The position numbers and the translations under genes are program-made. Under the pieces are notes generated by a model. It ran no database searches. It was given only the letters and a program-made list of their open reading frames with translations, and was not told where the DNA came from. From Octopus sinensis (lineage: Eukaryota), in the NCBI RefSeq assembly GCF_006345805.1, contig NW_021827555.1, positions 1-27,782 on the forward strand: a stretch of 27,782 nucleotides of DNA, written 5' to 3'. Shown here one piece after another: positions 21,900 to 27,782 of this stretch (the first letter of the stretch is position 1; each line of letters opens with the position of its first letter).

Positions 21900-22439
21900 T
21901 ATTGGTCTCCTATGTTGTATTTTGTCTGTTATGCCAAGTGCACCAATTACCAGAGGAATAATTGTTGTCTTGTTCTTTCACAGTCTCTTCAAATCTGTGG
22001 CGAAACTCTACTATTTCTCATTTCTCTTCTTTTTTCTTTAAATTTTTTATTTTCAATTTCTCTGCTATCACTAGCTACGGCGGTACATATTCTAAAATTG
22101 AAACGATATGGTGTTGCAAAGTCTGTGATCTTACACAGTTTACATATTTTGTACTCTATAATCTTACGTCATTATTATCAAAAGAAGGAAAATCGACTGA
22201 AACCGTTTCCGAATTTCCTGTGTTTTCTTTGAGATTTTTCCTTTGCATTTGCCTAAGTGAGGTGTAGTGGGGATGTTATTGCGGGAGGTGTCAAAGAGGT
22301 GGTCATCGTAAACCACGAATCAATACTGACATAAAATAAACTACAATTAAAAATGTTTACACGGCCATTTTTTTAAGTGATCTCAGCAAATACTGCTTTC
22401 ATTTACATTTTTTGGAAGCCACTTTGTGGCAAGGAATGC

Positions 22440-22787
22440 TCTTTTATTCTTCTATTCTTTTATTCTTTTCAGTCATTTGACTGCTGCCATGCTGGAGCAC
22501 CGCCTTTAGTCGAGCAAATCGACCGCAGGACTTATTCTTTGTAAGCCCAGTGCTTATTTCATCGGTCTTTCTTGCCGAACCGCTAAGTGACGGGGACGTA
22601 AACACACCACCATCGGTTGCCAAGCGATGTTGGGGGACAAACACAGGCACACAAACATACCATATCCACTCACAAGGCTTTGGTCGGTCCGAGGCTATAG
22701 TAGAAGACACCTGCCTAAGGTACCACGCAGTGGGACTGAACCCGGAATCATGTGGTTGGCAAGCAAGCTACTTACCACAAAGCTGCG
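22440..22787 (-). mobile_element. Near full-length octopus-type tRNA-derived SINE
   Basis: Minus strand: gcagctttgtggtaag (A box), gggttcagtccc (B box), body, ggcggtgctccagcatggcagcagtcaaatgactgaaa and a (AATAAAAG)-like tail. The central linker is shortened relative to 15254-15524. Confidence 0.9.
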
Positions 22788-22940
22788 TAGTACTTCATGT
22801 TATTGAACCGAATGTATGAAAGGTAAGGCTGATCGAATTGGTTATTTGAACGCAAACAGTGAAGAAGTGGACTAAATAATAAATACTACAAGGTATTTTT
22901 CGACACTATATATATTCTACAGGTCCCACCTTTAATAAAA

Positions 22941-22941
<1 letters not shown>

Positions 22942-22979
<38 letters not shown>

Positions 22980-23054
22980 GTGGTGGTGATGATGATATTG
23001 ATGATGCTGATGATGTTGATGATGATGATGATGATGATGATGGTGGTGGTGATG

Positions 23055-23086
<32 letters not shown>

Positions 23087-23145
23087 GATGATGATGGTGA
23101 CGATGACGATGATGATGATGACGATGATGGTGGTGGTGGTGGTGG

Positions 23146-23176
<31 letters not shown>

Positions 23177-23320
23177 GGTGGTGGTGGTGATGATGTGATG
23201 ATGATGATGATGATGTTGATGATGATGATGATGATGGTGACGATGACGATGATGATGATGATGATGTGATAATGATGATGATGATAATAATAATAACGAA
23301 AACTGATGTAAATAATGATA
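22942..23320. repeat. (GAT)n/(GGT)n compound trinucleotide array ending in (AAT)n
   Basis: Directly visible; it produces the poly-M/H/I/S ORFs. Confidence 0.95.
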
Positions 23321-24260
23321 ATAATACACTCTGTTTTTCTAAGCCACACTGCTTTCATTTTCTTTTTCTTTTTGTTTGTTTTTTTTTCCTTGTATGACCT
23401 ACACGGATCTTTTAATGAAGTTCAGCAACAACAAGAAGACTGTTTGATGACACGTAGAAATTCACAACATGTTAATTAAAACAAACGGATATTATGTGAT
23501 CTTGTTGTTGTTGCTGCTGTTGTTATTGTTGATGTTGTTACTGGCGGTGAGGGTGTGTTACTGTTCGTGATGGAGGCGAGGTGGTTGCGATGATATTGAT
23601 GGCGGTGACGACGGCGTCGGTGGTGGTATTGGCGGTAGTGGTGGTGGTCGTGTTGCTGTTGTCTATTTTACAGTTGTTGCTTTATTTCTTCTGAGTTATT
23701 TTCTTTCCAGCATGTCCGCCATGAAAACAGACATTATCGTTGTTCCGTTTTCTCTGTTGCTCTTCTTCATATACTGTCCGCTATTAGCTGTAATACTGTT
23801 GTTCTTTCTGTTGTTATTGTATGTTTCTTGGCTTGTTTGTTGGGTTGTTTGTTTGTTTGTCGCCCCAGGGTATAATTAGCATTACACATTTGTGATTCTT
23901 TGCCAAAAATGTTATAGTTTCAGGTAAAATAAAAATACAATAAAATGAAAATGTCGATCTCAATATTGACATTGCTAAAACATACGAACACAAAATATAC
24001 TCTACAGCGGGCCCCAGATACACACACAAAAAATACACACAATCACGCAGAAATACAAAGACACACTAACACAGACAGACATACACGCATACACACACAC
24101 GCACCTACATACACATAAACGCATATACATATGTATATATATACACGTATCTGTACGCACATAAATGTAGAAATAGCACACAAGCATGAACAAATGCACG
24201 CCAACAAATAAACAGACACATGCATATATATATACATATTATATATATATATATATATAA

Positions 24261-24305
<45 letters not shown>

Positions 24306-24620
24306 TGCATACATACACATTCACACCCACGCGCACTGGCAAAACACACACACATGTATACGTATATAAATACACTCATATCATACGTAACCAAATACAG
24401 ACATACATATACCTATTCACACGCAAACTATATAAAATAGTGGATAGACTCAGAGTCACACGCATTTATACACCTAATACAAACGGATATTAATTCGCAT
24501 AAAGCACACATATACACGAACGTACGGACAAAGAAAATCATACACATATACATTGCTCGTAAAGAACAAATCTACGAAACGAAATGTTTCTACAAAATCT
24601 TCTAGCAAAAAAAAAAAAAA

Positions 24621-24666
<46 letters not shown>

Positions 24667-24964
24667 TTAATAATGATGATGATGATGATGATGATCATAA
24701 TAATAATAATAATAATAATATTAATAATAATTGTAATAATAATAAAATTAACAATGATGATGATGATGATTATGATGATTACGATGATGATGATGATGAT
24801 GATGATAATAATAATCATGATGAAGAGAAGAAGAAGAAGAAGAAGAAGAAGAAGAAGAAGAAGAAGAAGAAGAAGAAGAAGAAGAAGAAGAAGAAGAAGA
24901 AGAAGAAGAAGAAGAAGAAGAAGAAGAAGAAGAAGAAGAAGAAGAAGAAGAAGAAGAAGAAGAA
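24621..24964. repeat. (AAT)n/(GAT)n followed by 46 perfect GAA units (24827-24964)
   Basis: Directly visible and counted. Confidence 0.95.
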
Positions 24965-25871
24965 AACGAAAAATTGTCTTTATATGAAAATTTGAACTTC
25001 GAAAACTTTGAGAATAAAATTTAAGAGATTTTTCATGCAGGAATTTTATGTTTTGTTTTTTTTTTAAGTACAAATTTCAATAAACAATGCAGCAAATATT
25101 TAAAAATTATATTTAAAAATGAATAAATAAAATATTATGAAGTAAAAGAAATAAAGTAGGAAATTCCGAACTTGGAAAAAATAAAAAAAAAAACATAAAG
25201 AAATAAGAAAGAAAAAATGGTTGGTTGGAATCTGAAACAAAAGGAATTGTTTTGTTTGCTTTTGTTTTTTTAATGAATAATGTCGAAAAATTGGCGGCAA
25301 CAAGCGAACAAGCCTAGGTGAAAGGAAAACTATGTGACAGTCAAAGGAAAACATAGTAAAGGTTTTCATACTAGAAGGATGGCGAGTTGAAAGAACTGCG
25401 ACCAAATGAGTCCTTCATTTGTAATTAGTCAATAAAATCTTCCAAATGTGTTTACTCCCGAAAAACAACAATCAAATGAGACTTCTGAGATTAAACGATC
25501 GTAATTTTTTAGACAATATGGATTAAAAATCCGAAGGAAGGTTTGTTTTGTGCATAATAATTATGGCATAATCTTAAATGATCAAGTTTTAGCTTTCAGC
25601 ATACTTGTATCGATGAGTGTGTGTCTGTATGTGTGTCTGGACGAAGAATAAATTTATTACTAGCTACGATTGTTTGGGTGTCACGGCATTGTATAAATAT
25701 GTGTGTGCGCGCGTGTGTGTATGTGTGTATGGCTGTAAGTATATACATATTTATATACACATATACACATACATATACAATTATAGATATACTTATATAT
25801 ATATCATTTAGATTATATATGAAAAATATATATATATATACACACATATATATATAGACATACACACACTC

Positions 25872-25915
<44 letters not shown>

Positions 25916-26143
25916 CTAAAATGTAACTATATGTGGATTGTTGACGATTTCTTTCTTCCGTCTTCCTTTTCTCCTGGACTTTCCTCTGTCTCCTGTTTCT
26001 GAAGGAGAGCTTTACTCGAAATGTAAAACTAACTTTCTATCCTTCCTTGAGCGTCTGTTAATACTTTTCATGTACCACGTCCTCACGTTGTCTCTTTTTC
26101 CTTTTTCTTGTGTTTACTTATCGTGTTTTTGTTTTGTGGTATG

Positions 26144-26191
<48 letters not shown>

Positions 26192-27037
26192 ATAATGCAG
26201 TTTCGCTCTTCTCCTTGAAAAATGCATTTTGTTTAAAAAATGTTTTGGAGATTCCTACGTTTTATATATCGAAGATTATGAATACGCAAAAAAATTATTT
26301 TCTACTTTACCCCCACCTCTTCCGCCTCCACCCCCACCCCAATATAAATTTTCGATTTTGTTTACTTTAAAGAGATCGTAGCGAATTGACGAATATATGC
26401 AAATCGAAATTAAATACAGAGAAAAACATTAAAGTTAAAAGAATTAGTGTTTTACTTATGTTTGCCTTAAATAATCGTAAATAATAATTAAATCTAAATA
26501 CGCCATTTTATGAGAAACAAACACTAATGTTTGATAATTAATGTTATAAAGTTTAATAACAGGTTCAAATTTCACCCTCTCCTCCAATTTTAAATTTTGA
26601 ACTTTTTCATCCATTTATTTATTTATCTGTTTGTCTATTTATCCCTGGCCGTTTATTCATAAAATATATTTGTCAACTAAATATGGCGGTCCTATAGAAG
26701 ACGGTGTTACCGTTGTTTGTAGCCCCAGGAAGATATTCATATCTATCTATCTCTTTATACACATATCTATACGCTTATTGAATTTAAAATTTTGAAAGCG
26801 TGGTTTCTTGTATATTCGGTATGTCCGTCATTGAAAACATAAGGGAAGAAAAATTTAGAAAAAGTTCAAAATTTTAAGTGGAGGGGATGATAGTGGGGGA
26901 GAGGTGGCAGTGGTAGTGGTGGGGGGAGGTAGTGGTGGTGGGGAGTGTTTAAAACAATTGATTTTGCATATCCGTAATCTCCGACATCTAAAACGTAGGG
27001 ATCCGAAAAATATTATTCGAAAATGTTCACACACAAT

Positions 27038-27348
27038 GCGTCTCATAAGCTGTCCCTATCGAGAACGTTCGTGCAATGCTTAATGTGTAACCTGAAATTG
27101 AAACCCATCGTCGACATCTTTTACATCGTCTTCTGGACGACAATCCAGACCGTCGATTATAGTTCTGTGAGATAACTTATGACCAGAACTCGAACACACC
27201 AGTGCTTCTTGGTAAAATCATTCGGACAGATGAGGCTATGTTAAAGTTAGCGAACCGTATGAACAGGTACAACTGTGTGTATGGGTCAAATGAAAATCTT
27301 CATTTGAATATCACCTCTGAATTGAATCAGCAGAGAGTCAGAAAATGA
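27038..27348 (+). pseudogene. Tc1/mariner transposase fragment including the first catalytic Asp
   Basis: ASHKLSLSRTFVQCLMCNLKLKP / LLHRLLDDNPDRRL*FCE...KIIRTDEAMLKLANRMNRYNCVYGSNENLH, cf. D.PDRRLEFCE...I.FSDEA.F.LNG.VNRHNC.YWS.ENPH. A weaker N-terminal trace may start near 26690. Confidence 0.8.
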
Positions 27349-27490
27349 CAATTAGAGTACGACTCATAAGCTGTTCCTATCGAGAATGTTCTTGCAAAAC
27401 TTGAAATTGACACACACCGTCGATGGTCTTCTTGTCGACCACTCAGACCGTCGATGGCTATTCTGTGAGATAACTCCTGTCCATAACTCT
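27349..27490 (+). repeat. Diverged tandem duplicate of the transposase segment 27042-27185
   Basis: ctcataagctgt.cctatcgagaa, tgaaattga, cagaccgtcgat and ttctgtgagataact all recur; the first anchor is offset by 321 bp. Confidence 0.85.
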
Positions 27491-27782
27491 AGTTACCTGT
27501 GGTGCAGCTGTGGTTAGTAAAATTTACCGAAAATGTTTAACGACGTGGTAGTGCCACAACTCAGAACAAGGGCAGTCATTACCGAACAGTTCTTGTAACA
27601 AGACTTGAAACTAGTAAAGAAAAAAACATAAAAGAAGAAAAGACATAAAACAGTAAAAACAACAACAGCAGCAGCGGTAACGTCAACACGCCAACACACC
27701 AACACTCTCATCGTGATGCCAGAGCGACCATTTTTTTTTCCTTTTAATAACCATCAAACTTCGGATTTAAAAGTTCTAGCGA

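Noticed and set aside
23712-23879. Small hydrophobic ORF (MSAMKTDIIVVPFSLL...) after a good acceptor ttttctttccag
   Set aside because: The hydrophobicity comes from T-rich low-complexity sequence; there is no homology or partner exon.
26882-26943. G-quadruplex candidate
   Set aside because: The four G-runs are separated by long loops inside a degenerate (GGT)n tract, so it is unremarkable.
27126-27441. Apparent compensatory hairpin (tcgtc/gacga versus tggtc/gacca) in the duplicated unit
   Set aside because: Only a 5 bp stem in two copies, lying within transposase-coding sequence; chance is sufficient.

Overview
AT-rich, microsatellite-dense eukaryotic DNA that looks intronic or intergenic. 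The repeat families and composition point to a coleoid cephalopod, most likely an octopus; this is inferred from SINE consensus sequences recalled from memory, not from a search. No host protein-coding gene can be supported, and most ORF-track entries are microsatellite read-throughs. The window holds three Tc1/mariner relics: a full-length 1.25 kb copy with TIRs and TA ends, an internally deleted 884 bp copy, and a degraded fragment with a partial tandem duplication. It also has two fragments of a restriction-like-endonuclease non-LTR retrotransposon, a weak RT relic, a near-perfect 79 bp fold-back MITE and many tRNA-derived SINE pieces. The most unusual signal is four hammerhead-ribozyme-like motifs between about 5.3 and 9.4 kb, resembling the minimal type I hammerheads of Penelope-like elements. 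One sits in the tail of what looks like a tRNA-headed SINE. One unexplained ORF (21050-21421, minus) has a strongly coding-like GC3 core.
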